Assembly (NCBI GenBank): GCA_965215185.1
Contig: OZ244034.1
Location: forward strand, 2,688,001-2,752,000
Origin: Acidimicrobiia bacterium
GTDB taxonomy: Bacteria; Actinomycetota; Acidimicrobiia; Spongiisociales; ZC4RG35
Length of the DNA stretch: 64,000 nucleotides
Reading direction: 5' to 3'
The first letter of the stretch is position 1, and every line of letters starts with the position of its first letter. Below, in pieces: positions 50,610 to 60,610 of the stretch. The notes beneath the pieces are model-generated. The model worked only from the letters and a program-made list of their open reading frames with translations. It had not been told where the DNA came from and did no database searches. Position numbers and translations under genes: made by a program.

Positions 50610-51524
50610 ATGGCTAGCGGAGGATCACGGCTGGCGGTTATCGCCGCGTTGGTGGCGAATTTCACCATCGCGGTTGGCAAACTCGTTGCCTTTCTTGTGA
50701 CCGGCTCGGCCGCCATGCTGGCCGAGAGCATTCACTCAGTGGCAGACTCCTCCAATCAGGGCATGCTTTTGTACGGATCGCGAGCGGCCCGACAGCCCGC
50801 TGACATGAGCCATCCCTTCGGCCGGGGGAAAGAGATCTATTTCTGGAGCTTCCTGGTGGCGGTGATGTTGTTCTTCGGTGGAGGCGTCTGGGCCTTCCTA
50901 CACGGGTGGGAGGCCATGAGCCATCCGGAGCAGCTTGGTGACCTTACGCTCAGCTTCGTCGTTTTGGGAGTGGCTTTGGTGTTGGAAAGCCTCAGCTTAG
51001 GGGTGGCGTTCCGAGAGTTCAATCGCCACCGGGGCAATGCTTCGATGTACCGGGCAGTGCGGGATTCGAAGGATTCCACTTTGATCGTGATTCTGTTGGA
51101 AGACACAGCCGCCATGTTGGGACTCATCATTGCCCTGGCCGGAACCACAATGGCATGGGTAACCGGAGATTCTCGCTGGGACGGGGCAGCTTCGCTTCTC
51201 ATTGGTGTCATGCTGGCTGTGGTGGCGGTGCTGTTGGCGGCGGAGATCAAGGCGTTGCTGATTGGTGAAGCGGCCAGTCGACAGGAACGATCCACTATTC
51301 GGGCGACCCTTTTGGGGATGGACCAGGTGACAGGAGTAGCGCGGCTTCTCACCATGCATCTGGGGCCGGATGACCTGCTGGTGAATGTGGAGGTCGATTT
51401 TGTCGATTCGCTGTCCGCCACCGAGATTTCTGATGCCATCCGCCGAGCGGAGCATGCCATCAGAGAGAAAATCCCCGCCGCTGCAAACATATTCATAGAA
51501 CCTTATGAGCCCGATCATGGCTGA
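50610..51524 (+). CDS. Cation diffusion facilitator family transporter
   Basis: AESIHSVAD, HPFGRG, LEDTAA, cytoplasmic C-terminal domain. Confidence 0.92.
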   Translation: MASGGSRLAVIAALVANFTIAVGKLVAFLVTGSAAMLAESIHSVADSSNQGMLLYGSRAARQPADMSHPFGRGKEIYFWSFLVAVMLFFGGGVWAFLHGWEAMSHPEQLGDLTLSFVVLGVALVLESLSLGVAFREFNRHRGNASMYRAVRDSKDSTLIVILLEDTAAMLGLIIALAGTTMAWVTGDSRWDGAASLLIGVMLAVVAVLLAAEIKALLIGEAASRQERSTIRATLLGMDQVTGVARLLTMHLGPDDLLVNVEVDFVDSLSATEISDAIRRAEHAIREKIPAAANIFIEPYEPDHG

Positions 51525-52368
51525 GGCGTCGGCGCCCGCTTCCTCGGCCAACCTGGGCCCGGGATTCGATTGTCTGGCGGTGGCGCTGGAAATCAGGTGT
51601 CGGGTGACGGCCAGGCGCAGCGACCGATGGAAGGTAGGGCATGTGGGCCGGCACCAACCACCGGCGGGATCCCCGGATGCGGTACTGGCTGGCGCCCGAG
51701 TTGCGGTGGGTCCGGAACATCCGCTCAACTTGGAGGTGGACAACCAAGTCCCAATAGGCAGCGGCCTGGGTTCATCCGCCGCTGCATATACCGCAGGAGC
51801 GGCGGCTGCCCTTCGATGTGTGGGCAGAGATGTCAATCTGCGTCATGTGTTCGAGATGGTGGCTGATTTTGAAGGGCACCCCGACAACGCCGCCGCGGCA
51901 GTTTTTGGTGGGTTGGTGCTGGTGGGAGCCGACAGTCGGGTACTCAAGCTGACTTTGAGCGATGCCCACGGTCTGCTGGTGTTGGTTCCCGCCATTCGGC
52001 TTTGGACAAAGGAATCGCGAAGCGTGGTTGGGGAGAGCTTTGCACGGGCCACGGTGATCAGAAGCCTGGCCAGGGTTTCTGCTCTGATGAGCGGTCTGAC
52101 GTCGGGAGATCCGAACCTGCTCAGATCTGCGTTGGGAGACGAGTTACATGAAAAAAGCCGAAGCCGGCTGCGGCCGCAAGTGGGGGAGTTCATCGAAGAG
52201 GCGCTGAGGGTGGGTGCGGTATACGCTGCCTGGTCGGGAAGCGGCCCTTCCGTTCTGGTATTAACCAAGTCGTCGCAGACCGGGCAGGTGGCGGCCGCTC
52301 TCGGGTCCTCTCTGGGAGATCGAGTCGACATAATCCGTCCCCAGGTGGCGGAGCGGGGCATAGTTTGA
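51517..52368 (+). CDS. thrB: Homoserine kinase
   Basis: PASSANLGPGFD, PIGSGLGSSAA, EGHPDN, SGSGPS. Confidence 0.95.
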   Translation: MAEASAPASSANLGPGFDCLAVALEIRCRVTARRSDRWKVGHVGRHQPPAGSPDAVLAGARVAVGPEHPLNLEVDNQVPIGSGLGSSAAAYTAGAAAALRCVGRDVNLRHVFEMVADFEGHPDNAAAAVFGGLVLVGADSRVLKLTLSDAHGLLVLVPAIRLWTKESRSVVGESFARATVIRSLARVSALMSGLTSGDPNLLRSALGDELHEKSRSRLRPQVGEFIEEALRVGAVYAAWSGSGPSVLVLTKSSQTGQVAAALGSSLGDRVDIIRPQVAERGIV

Positions 52369-52530
52369 TATGAACCACTCTCCTTCGGGCGGCGGTCTCC
52401 CGGCCGGATGTCGCTCAGGAAGACCCTTCTCCTGGTTTTCAGATGTGCGTGGAGGGTGCTATCCTTAAAGTGCTTTGTCGGCCAGGGTGGGTCGACAAAA
52501 CGTTCTATCGGTCAACGGGAAAGCCTATTT

Positions 52531-52623
52531 ATGGGTTCGCTTGTCAAAAAACGTCGCAGAAAAATGTCTAAGCACAAATATCGGAAGCGGCGCAAGGCTA
52601 ATCGTCATAAGAACAAGAAGTAA
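52531..52623 (+). CDS. Small basic ribosomal protein bS22 (AURKAIP1/COX24 domain)
   Basis: MGSLVKKRRRKMSKHKYRKRRKANRHKNKK. Confidence 0.88.
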   Translation: MGSLVKKRRRKMSKHKYRKRRKANRHKNKK

Positions 52624-52692
52624 TCGGCTTCGACCGAAAGGGCGACGTGACGATTCTTGAACTTGACGCTGTTGGTGGGTGGCATAGGGGCT

Positions 52693-53880
52693 ATGGCGCC
52701 TGACCCTCACGACTTTTTGGACACGGCCGGGTTGCTCACCGACTCCGAGCGCCTGGTCGCAAACACCGTTCGAGAATTCGTTACCAAAAGGGTGCTGGAT
52801 GAGGTCGGAGGGTGGTGGGAGGCGGGCGAGTTCCCGGCTCATCTGATTCCTGAAATGGCCCAGATGGGTATGTTGGGCATGCATTTGGAGGGCTATGGCT
52901 GCGCCGGGTTGGGCCCCGTCGAGTACGGGGTGGCTGCAATGGAGTTGGAGGCGGGCGATTCGGGGCTTCGCAGTTTCATCTCGGTGCAAGGGTCCTTGTG
53001 CATGTTTCCCATCTGGAAATACGGGTCCGAAGAGCAGAAATCTGAATGGCTTCCCCGCATGGCCAGGGGTGAGGTGATCGGATGCTTTGGCCTCACCGAG
53101 CCCGACGCAGGGAGCGACCCGAGCGCCATGAGCACCTCCGCGAGGCGGGTGGGAGGCGATTGGGTTATAGACGGCTCCAAAGCTTGGATCACCAATGGGG
53201 AAGTCGCCGATCTGGCGGTGATCTGGGCCAGGACTTCCGAAGGCGTGCGAGGGTTTTTGGTGCCTACTGACGCGCCGGGATTCTCGGCGCATTCCGTTTA
53301 TCGCAAGGCCAGTATGCGAGCCTCGGTCACTTCCGCTTTGGTTTTGGATGGAGTTCGGGTTCCCGAAGAGATGATGCTCCCAGGTGTGGCTTCGATGAGA
53401 GGACCGCTTTCCTGTCTGACCGAGGCGAGGTTGGGAATCGTGTTCGGTGTTATGGGAGCGGCTCGTTCCTGCTATGAGACTGCCTTGCGTTATGCCTCAG
53501 AGCGGGTCCAATTCGGCGTTCCGATCTCGTCTTTCCAGTTGACCCAGTCAAAACTGGTGGAGATGATGGTGGCCATTCAAAGGGGCACGCTCCTGGCGAT
53601 CCGGATCGGGCGTCTCCGCGAGGAGGGAAAGCTAGCGCCCGAGCATGTCTCGGTCGGCAAATACAACAATGTGAAAGATGCCCTGGCGGTGGCTCGGACG
53701 GCTCGCAGCATCCTTGGCGCCAACGGGATCACTCTCGAGTATCCGATTATGAGGCATATGGCCAACCTGGAGACGGTCTATACCTATGAGGGAACCCATG
53801 AGATACACACTCTCATCGTGGGCCAGGCCCTCACTGGAGTGCCTGCTTTCCACGCAGCCCGTTCTGTGGGAAGGAGTTGA
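52693..53880 (+). CDS. Acyl-CoA dehydrogenase (glutaryl-CoA dehydrogenase-like)
   Basis: SVQGSL, GCFGLTEPDAGSD, KAWITN, TYEGT. Confidence 0.92.
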   Translation: MAPDPHDFLDTAGLLTDSERLVANTVREFVTKRVLDEVGGWWEAGEFPAHLIPEMAQMGMLGMHLEGYGCAGLGPVEYGVAAMELEAGDSGLRSFISVQGSLCMFPIWKYGSEEQKSEWLPRMARGEVIGCFGLTEPDAGSDPSAMSTSARRVGGDWVIDGSKAWITNGEVADLAVIWARTSEGVRGFLVPTDAPGFSAHSVYRKASMRASVTSALVLDGVRVPEEMMLPGVASMRGPLSCLTEARLGIVFGVMGAARSCYETALRYASERVQFGVPISSFQLTQSKLVEMMVAIQRGTLLAIRIGRLREEGKLAPEHVSVGKYNNVKDALAVARTARSILGANGITLEYPIMRHMANLETVYTYEGTHEIHTLIVGQALTGVPAFHAARSVGRS

Positions 53881-53886
53881 CCAAAG

Positions 53887-54351
53887 ATGACCGACGAGTC
53901 CATCACCGTAGCGGAACTAATAGAGCGGATCGGAAGCGAAGTGGGAGTGTCGGACTGGTTTACGGTTACCCAGGAGCGGATCAACGCCTTCGCCGACGCC
54001 ACCTTGGACCACCAGTTCATCCACGTGGATCCCCAGCGCGCCGCCGCCGAGTCGCCATTCGGAGTGACCATTGCCCACGGGTTCTTCACACTGTCGGTCC
54101 TGCCTTACCTCGGCTCGCAGGTGAGGTTCGTGCCGGAGGGAGCCAAAGTGCTGATCAACTACGGAACAGAAAAGGTACGTTTTCTTACTCCCGTTCTGGT
54201 GGACAGCGAGATTCGCGCTCGGATGGAATTGGCTGACGTAACCGAGCGGAGCCCGGGTCAGTATCTGATCAAGCAAAAGGTGACAGTAGATATCAAAGGG
54301 GCGGACCGCCCCGCGCTGGTAGCAGAGACCCTCACGCTAGTTATCACCTGA
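53887..54351 (+). CDS. MaoC family dehydratase
   Basis: FADATLDHQFIHVD, TIAHG, NYG..KVRF. Confidence 0.92.
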   Translation: MTDESITVAELIERIGSEVGVSDWFTVTQERINAFADATLDHQFIHVDPQRAAAESPFGVTIAHGFFTLSVLPYLGSQVRFVPEGAKVLINYGTEKVRFLTPVLVDSEIRARMELADVTERSPGQYLIKQKVTVDIKGADRPALVAETLTLVIT

Positions 54352-54368
54352 TAGAATCACCTGATAGA
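54343..54368. repeat. 13-bp perfect tandem duplication spanning the MaoC stop
   Basis: ATCACCTGATAGA at 54343-54355 and 54356-54368. Confidence 0.9.
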
Positions 54369-54460
54369 TCATCACAACAACTCGGAGGGGTTTTACAAAG
54401 AGGGGCGGCTCGGGTCTCGTGAAGTTGTGAAAACTCTGGCAACAATTCGGCCCCGATGAA

Positions 54461-54489
54461 TTGACTTTGTCGCACCCCGATCGCATAGT
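54461..54489 (+). promoter_or_regulatory. Sigma-70-like promoter with no downstream sense gene
   Basis: TTGACT-N17-CATAGT. Confidence 0.45.
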
Positions 54490-54735
54490 GGGTAATACAA
54501 ACATCGCCTGCGGTCCGGACCGCACGATCATCATCAGGCCCGTGGGTCGGAGCGCTTTACAGCCCAATCCTAAAGACGGCAATTAGCCGAACCCTCGTCT
54601 CGGTTCGGATGGAGTGTGTCCACCCGAAGAAAATTGGCTGGGAAGGGGGCGGCGGGTCGGGAGGGAATCCCAAGAATTAACGACATGCCGGGGCGGCGGT
54701 GCCCTGACCTGTTGGCGGGGGAGGGCTTCCGGGCC

Positions 54736-55962
54736 CTACTGGCGGGTGGCGGCTAGGACGGACAGGACATGGTTGATGTCGGCGGTGGTGTGGTCGGCGT
54801 TGACTTGGAGGCGGATTTCTTCGTGGCCTCTGGGTACTACTGGATAGGTGAGGCCGGTTGCTAGGACGCCACTGTTAAAGAGGGCCGTGACCATTCGGCG
54901 GGTCTGGTTGGTGTCGCGTAGCATGAGGGGGACGATGGGGTGCTCCCCGGGTATGATCTGGTATCCCAGCGCTACCAGGTTGGACTCGAGCCGGCGAGTG
55001 AGGTGTCTCAGCTGGCCTAGGAGCGTCTGCCCTTCGGGACTGTCCAGTATTCGTAGGGCGGTAAGGGCGGCGCTTGCTTCGGCGGCGGTGATCGGGTTGG
55101 AGTAGATGTAGAAGGGGGAGGTCTCCCGCAGGAAACGGATGACCGTGCTTGCAGAGACCACGTATCCTCCGTTGACTGCCAGGGCCTTTCCCAGGGTGCC
55201 GATGAGTATGTCGGCGGGCGGGCTGCCCGTGTGTTCTTCGGTGCCCCGGCCGGTGGGGCCGAAGGCGCCCACTCCGTGCGAGTCGTCTACGACCACCACC
55301 ACGTTTTCGGGGAAGCTGTGATCGTGGCGACGGGCGATGTCCATGATCTGGTCCAGTGGAGCGTGGTCTCCGCGCATGGAGAAGATGCCGTCGGTCACGA
55401 CTATCGCCCGTTTTGCCCGCCCGGCCGCCTCGGCAAGTTGATGATCAAGAGCCGCCATGTCCAGATGCGGGTAGACGGACTTGCTTAGAGGCCGGGCGAG
55501 GCGGATGGCGTTGATTATGGAGTTGTGGTTGAGTTCGTCGGAGATCACTGTGGTGGTCGGGTCGATGAGGGAAACCAGGGTTCCTAGCACGGCGGCGTAG
55601 GCGGAGGAGAAGATCATCCCTTCCTCTCGCCCGTGGAAGGCGGCCAAGCCATGCTCCAGTTTCACATGGGGAGTGTGGGTCCCCACGATGAACCGCACCC
55701 CTCCGGGTCCGGTTCCCATCGCCCGGGCGGTGACCTGTTCAGCCCGGATCACTTCGGGATGCAACGCCAACCCCAGGTAGGAGTTGGAGTTCATCCGGAT
55801 GAAAGCACGGTTCCCGTGGCCCTCAAGCAAGTATCTGGGGCCTCGCTCCCTCTCGGGACCGACGACCTGTCTTACCACCAGTTCCCCGCCCTTGGCCATC
55901 CCCTGTTCATCAAGGCGGGTCACATGGCGGTCAAGTTCATCGATCAATCGGTCCAGCGGCAT
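54736..55962 (-). CDS. kbl: Glycine C-acetyltransferase / class II aminotransferase
   Basis: NSNSYLGL, VRFIVGT, DELNHNSII, DDSHG, GTLGKA. Confidence 0.8.
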   Translation of the reverse strand: MPLDRLIDELDRHVTRLDEQGMAKGGELVVRQVVGPERERGPRYLLEGHGNRAFIRMNSNSYLGLALHPEVIRAEQVTARAMGTGPGGVRFIVGTHTPHVKLEHGLAAFHGREEGMIFSSAYAAVLGTLVSLIDPTTTVISDELNHNSIINAIRLARPLSKSVYPHLDMAALDHQLAEAAGRAKRAIVVTDGIFSMRGDHAPLDQIMDIARRHDHSFPENVVVVVDDSHGVGAFGPTGRGTEEHTGSPPADILIGTLGKALAVNGGYVVSASTVIRFLRETSPFYIYSNPITAAEASAALTALRILDSPEGQTLLGQLRHLTRRLESNLVALGYQIIPGEHPIVPLMLRDTNQTRRMVTALFNSGVLATGLTYPVVPRGHEEIRLQVNADHTTADINHVLSVLAATRQ

Positions 55963-56251
55963 TCAAAGCCTCGTGGTAGCGCCCATTCAAGAATATCGCC
56001 GTCTCCCCCCGGATGCTTCCGTGCCTACGGAAACGTGTATCGCGGCTGCAGCTTGGCTTCCGTGCCTACCTGGCCGTTGGATAAGGACATGTGGGTCGGG
56101 CACTACCACATCGTTGGGCCACGGTGGCTCGGCACGGCTCCATCCTCTCCGGAAACAAACCATCCGGGAAACTCAGCGGGTTCACATCACCACCCCCCAC
56201 AACCTCCCCGAAGAGGGCACCTAACGTTCACATCCGGTGGGGGATACCTGA

Positions 56252-58174
56252 CTACGACAGAGGCTCTGGTCCAAGATGGCGATCGTGCCAGGCGAGAATG
56301 TGCTCGAAACGCTCTACGCGGTGGCGGGGCGCTCCGCTGCGGCTCAGTTCGTGGCCCTCCTCGGGGAAGCGAATCATCTCAACCTCGATCCCTTTGCGGA
56401 GCAGAGCCGTGAAGAACTGCTCTGCTTGACCGATCGGGCAGCGTAAATCGTCCTCGGAGTGGATGATGAGGGTGGGTGTGGTGATCCGGTCGGCCGCGGC
56501 GAGGGGGCTGGCCTTCCATAACGCCTGATGGTCCCCGGCGGTGGCTGGGTACAGGTACAGCCCCGAAAAGTCACGATTGATGTCCGAGGTCCCCCCAAAC
56601 GATTCCCAATCGATCAGGGCCCGTTCAACCACCGCCGAGTGGTAGCGATCATCGCGGGCGATTGCCCAAGTCGTGAGAAACCCTCCATAGGAGCCCCCCA
56701 TGATTCCGGCGCGGGACGGATCGAGGCGAGCGTCTCGCCGGAGAGCCTCCTCGATGACGGCGGTGATGTCCTCCATGTCGACCACCCCCCACCCGGCGCC
56801 GGTAACCGCTTGAAGCCACTCCCGGCCTCGTCCCTCCGAGCCGCGGGGGTTGGCCGCCACCACCGCGTAACCTGCCGACACGTAGACCTGGAACTCGTCG
56901 AAGAAGTAGAACCCGTACTCCGAGGCCGGTCCTCCGTGGATGTTGAGCAGCACCGGGAAGGGTCCTTCACCATCGGGCACGTATACCCACGCATCCACCT
57001 TCACTCCGGAAGCGCTCTCCGCCTGGAAGAACCCGGGACGCACCAATCCGCCGCCGCAGCGAATCTGGCGGTTGAAGGCGGTGAGGACTAGCTCCTCTCC
57101 ATCGGGGGTGAGCTCGTACAGTTCACCCGGACAGGTGGGATCGGTGGCGGTGAAGGCCAACCTTCCAGAAGATGCCCTTGTTACCCCGGTGATGTACCGG
57201 TCGCCGCCCAACACGGTGGTGGTGTTCCCCTCATTGTCGAAGGCGACTATGAGAGCGCGGCCCCGGTCCGCCACGCCGCAGAGGAAGCCCTGATCCAGCC
57301 AAATGGGTCTTTCCATCGCGGCCCCGACCGCCAAATCGTTGATACTCCGGTCCATGTGACCGGTAAGGTCCACCGGCGGCTCACCGAGACGCCACAACGA
57401 GACGAGGTACGGGTAGTCGGGGGTGGGGTTACCTATCCCGTAGAGGGCGCCGGAAGGGTCGTAAGCAGTCAGGTGGTAGCCGGAACCCTGCGCCCGCAGT
57501 GTCTCGGCGCCGCTCTCCAGATCCACTTCCACCACCTCGAGGCCGGGCTTGAGAAACCGCGGGTTGTCCCGGCTGGTAACCATGGCCACTCTGGCGCCGT
57601 CCGGCGACCAGGCCAGACCCGACTCGTCCTCATCGCAGCTTCCCACCCGGCGGGGCGCGGTCTGGCCAAGCGGTTCGACCAGGTAGGCGTGGGTCCTTCG
57701 GTCATGCAGCCAGCCCCGGTTGTCCAGTCGGGCATCGAAGCCGGTGATGCGCCGGGGGCGCCGGGCCCGTTCATCGGGGTCGAGGCCCGCCCATTCTCCG
57801 AACCACTCCGTCGCCAACACCACTAGGTGCGAGCCGTCCGGCGACCACAACGGCGCCTGTACCTCGAGCTCGAAGGAGGTGACGGTCCGGGCCTCCCCAC
57901 CGTCGGAGGGCATGATCGCCAACTGGACAGGGTCGGCGCGTTCTGTTCCTTTTCGCAAAAAGGCCAGGAACCTACCGTCCGGTGACCAGCGCGGCTGCGA
58001 ATCGCCATGTCCGAAAGTTATCTGCCGCACCTCACCATTCCAGAGCCACAGCGACGACCGGTACCGATCCTCGTCAAGGTCGATGGTGGTCACGACGAAG
58101 ACGATCCGCCGGCCGTCCGGATGTATCTGAGGATCTGAAACCGAAGTGATGAGGGAAAGATCGGCCGGTCGCAT
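56252..58174 (-). CDS. S9 family peptidase
   Basis: WSPDG propeller repeats, HGGP, GGSYGG, DLRC, EGHE. Confidence 0.94.
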   Translation of the reverse strand: MRPADLSLITSVSDPQIHPDGRRIVFVVTTIDLDEDRYRSSLWLWNGEVRQITFGHGDSQPRWSPDGRFLAFLRKGTERADPVQLAIMPSDGGEARTVTSFELEVQAPLWSPDGSHLVVLATEWFGEWAGLDPDERARRPRRITGFDARLDNRGWLHDRRTHAYLVEPLGQTAPRRVGSCDEDESGLAWSPDGARVAMVTSRDNPRFLKPGLEVVEVDLESGAETLRAQGSGYHLTAYDPSGALYGIGNPTPDYPYLVSLWRLGEPPVDLTGHMDRSINDLAVGAAMERPIWLDQGFLCGVADRGRALIVAFDNEGNTTTVLGGDRYITGVTRASSGRLAFTATDPTCPGELYELTPDGEELVLTAFNRQIRCGGGLVRPGFFQAESASGVKVDAWVYVPDGEGPFPVLLNIHGGPASEYGFYFFDEFQVYVSAGYAVVAANPRGSEGRGREWLQAVTGAGWGVVDMEDITAVIEEALRRDARLDPSRAGIMGGSYGGFLTTWAIARDDRYHSAVVERALIDWESFGGTSDINRDFSGLYLYPATAGDHQALWKASPLAAADRITTPTLIIHSEDDLRCPIGQAEQFFTALLRKGIEVEMIRFPEEGHELSRSGAPRHRVERFEHILAWHDRHLGPEPLS

Positions 58175-58282
58175 CACATCCGAGCGTAGCGGCTGTCGCA
58201 GGGAACGATTCCTACTGCTGATACATCGTCGGCAGGGGGTGACTGCGTCCTACGAGTGGGGGAGGCAGTCAGCCACCTCTCG

Positions 58283-59776
58283 TCACCCGGATTTGGGAAA
58301 GCCCAGATCCACCCCGCGGTGGATGGGGTCCGGCCAGCGGGATATGACCACCTTTTGGCGGGTGTAGAAGTTAATGCCTTCGGGACCGTAGACGGCGTGG
58401 GCGCCGAACAGTGAGTCCTTCCAACCTCCGAAGGAATAGAAGCTCAGCGGAACAGGGATAGGCAGGTTGATCCCCACCATTCCCACTGTGATCTCCCTTT
58501 GGAACTTGCGCGCCGCTCCGCCGTCGTTGGTGAACACCGCCGTACCGTTTCCGTAGGGGTTAGCGTTGATCAGATCAATCGCTTCGGTGTAGCTGTCCGC
58601 CCGTACCACCGACAGCACCGGACCGAAGATCTCGTCCCGGTAGATGGACATCTGCGGCTGGACCCGGTCGAACAGGCAGGGCCCCAGAAAGAAGCCGTCC
58701 TCGTATCCCTTCACGGTCAGGTTTCGTCCGTCGGCCACCAACTCGGCTCCCTCCGAGATCCCTTGCTCCACATAGCCGGCCACCCGCTCGAGATGCGCAG
58801 CCGTAACCAGCGGGCCCATTTCGCTTTGGTCGTTGGCGCCCGGACCCACCCGCAGCCCATCTATCCGCGCGGTGATACGTGGGACAAGCCGATCAGCGGC
58901 GTCCCCTACGGCCACCACCACCGAGATTGCCATGCAACGCTCTCCGGCCGATCCGTAGCCGGCGGAGACGGCCGCGTCGGCCGCTAGGTCCATATCGGCA
59001 TCGGGCAGTACCACCATGTGATTCTTGGCGCCTCCCAGGGCCTGAACCCGTTTTCCAGTCTGCGCCGCACTCTCGTATATGTATCGGGCGATGGGGGTGG
59101 AGCCCACGAAGCTGACCGCCGCCACCTCCGGGTGCTGCAACAAGCCATCCACCGCCACCTTGTCTCCATGCAGGACATTGAAGACCCCGTCGGGTAGCCC
59201 GGCCTCCGAAAACAACTCAGCGGCCAAAAGAGATGGGGACGGGTCCTTTTCGGATGGCTTGAGGACAAAGGTGTTGCCACAGGCGATGGCCACCGGGAAC
59301 ATCCACATCGGGACCATCACCGGGAAGTTGAAGGGGGTGATGCCCGCCACCACTCCCAGCGGTTGCCGGAAGGAATAGGTGTCCACTCCGGTGGAGACCT
59401 GCTCGGAGATTTCGCCCTTCAATAGTTGAGGGATGCCGCACACGTACTCGACGACCTCCAGTCCTCGTTGGACTTCGCCCAAGGCGTCATCCATGGTCTT
59501 TCCGTGCTCAGCGGTGATCAGTTTGGCAAGGTCGTGCCGATGGTCGTTCACCAACTGCCGGAAGGTGAAGAGAATTCGCTGGCGACGCACCACCGAGGTG
59601 TCTCGCCATCCCGGGAAAGCCTCTGCTGCGACCTTAACCGCCAGATTCACCTCGTCTGTACCGGCCATGGCGACCGCCGCGGTCTCATGGCCCCGCGCCG
59701 GATCGAATATCGGGCCGGTCCGTTCCGGAGGATCCTCGTGCAATTGCCCACCGATCCAGTGCCTGACTACAAACAT
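58283..59776 (-). CDS. mmsA: CoA-acylating methylmalonate-semialdehyde dehydrogenase
   Basis: TPFNFP, KPSEKDP, GGAKNH, GERCMA, EIFGPV. Confidence 0.94.
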   Translation of the reverse strand: MFVVRHWIGGQLHEDPPERTGPIFDPARGHETAAVAMAGTDEVNLAVKVAAEAFPGWRDTSVVRRQRILFTFRQLVNDHRHDLAKLITAEHGKTMDDALGEVQRGLEVVEYVCGIPQLLKGEISEQVSTGVDTYSFRQPLGVVAGITPFNFPVMVPMWMFPVAIACGNTFVLKPSEKDPSPSLLAAELFSEAGLPDGVFNVLHGDKVAVDGLLQHPEVAAVSFVGSTPIARYIYESAAQTGKRVQALGGAKNHMVVLPDADMDLAADAAVSAGYGSAGERCMAISVVVAVGDAADRLVPRITARIDGLRVGPGANDQSEMGPLVTAAHLERVAGYVEQGISEGAELVADGRNLTVKGYEDGFFLGPCLFDRVQPQMSIYRDEIFGPVLSVVRADSYTEAIDLINANPYGNGTAVFTNDGGAARKFQREITVGMVGINLPIPVPLSFYSFGGWKDSLFGAHAVYGPEGINFYTRQKVVISRWPDPIHRGVDLGFPKSG

Positions 59777-59853
59777 AGACAAATCCCTTCTTACGTCTTC
59801 TGCCTACCCCTGGGTCTTATGATATTCCTTGGAAAGGCGGGGAGTTTCGAAAG

Positions 59854-60279
59854 ATTGACGAGCAGGAACGACTAGAAGCCATAGCAAACGGGCTTTCCAT
59901 CGGGGGTGTAAGGCGGCACATCTTTCTGTGCGCAGGCCAGTCGAACCCTCGATGCGCGACGAGGGAGGAATCGGATCGGGTGTGGCGACACCTAAAGCGA
60001 CGTTGCAAAGAGGAAGGACTTGCCACCGCTCCTCCCCTTTGGTCGCGCAATTTCCGCTTGGAGGCCCAGCCCGAACCACCTGGGGATAGCTCGGTTTTGA
60101 GAAGCAAGGTGGATTGTCTGCGGGTTTGCGAACAAGGGCCGATAGCGGTGGTCTACCCCGAGGGGGTCTGGTATCGGGGAGTAACGGCAGAGGTGTTGGA
60201 TTTGATCATCGACGGTCATCTGATTGGAGGCGAGATAGTGGAGGAGTACGCCTTTGCCAGAGCGCCGTTGAGAGGATAA
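59854..60279 (+). CDS. Thioredoxin-like [2Fe-2S] ferredoxin, probable ATT start
   Basis: HIFLC..PRC..CLRVCEQGP.AVVYPEGVWY; the first two Cys lie upstream of the ORF-track start at 59980. Confidence 0.82.
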   Translation: MDEQERLEAIANGLSIGGVRRHIFLCAGQSNPRCATREESDRVWRHLKRRCKEEGLATAPPLWSRNFRLEAQPEPPGDSSVLRSKVDCLRVCEQGPIAVVYPEGVWYRGVTAEVLDLIIDGHLIGGEIVEEYAFARAPLRG

Positions 60280-60283
60280 GGGT

Positions 60284-60610
60284 CTATTGTCGCTTCCAGC
60301 GAGTGTTTTTGTATTCCTCGACCCACTGGCGCGAACTGCGCCACTGGCCATCCGGCCCGCGTGTCGCTTGAAGCCGGCCCCGTGCGGCCGCCGCCCGCAA
60401 GGCGGTGACGCCCAGTTCCCGCGTAGCGAGGGTGCCGAGCGGAACGAGACGCGCCGGCCCGGCGACTGCGGGCACGATAAAACGGTAAAGGCTTTGTAGG
60501 ATCCCCCGGGCGATCATCTCCCCGAGTTGCCCCGGATCGCCGAGGTCGGCCCTCCGCAGTGCCTTTAGGTACTTTGTTCGTTCGCGTTTGTAGATAACGA
60601 CGGGTGAATA
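60284..60610 (-). pseudogene. 5'-truncated Fic family gene (C-terminal part only)
   Basis: YSPVVIYKRERTKYLKALRRADLGD..PAVAGPARLVPL..GQWRSSR matches my recollection of actinobacterial Fic C-termini; the HPFxDGNGR motif is missing. Confidence 0.7.

Noticed and set aside
55963-56251. Glycine riboswitch upstream of kbl
   Set aside because: Conserved aptamer motifs (GGAGA..CCGAAG..CTCTCAGG) are not present in order.
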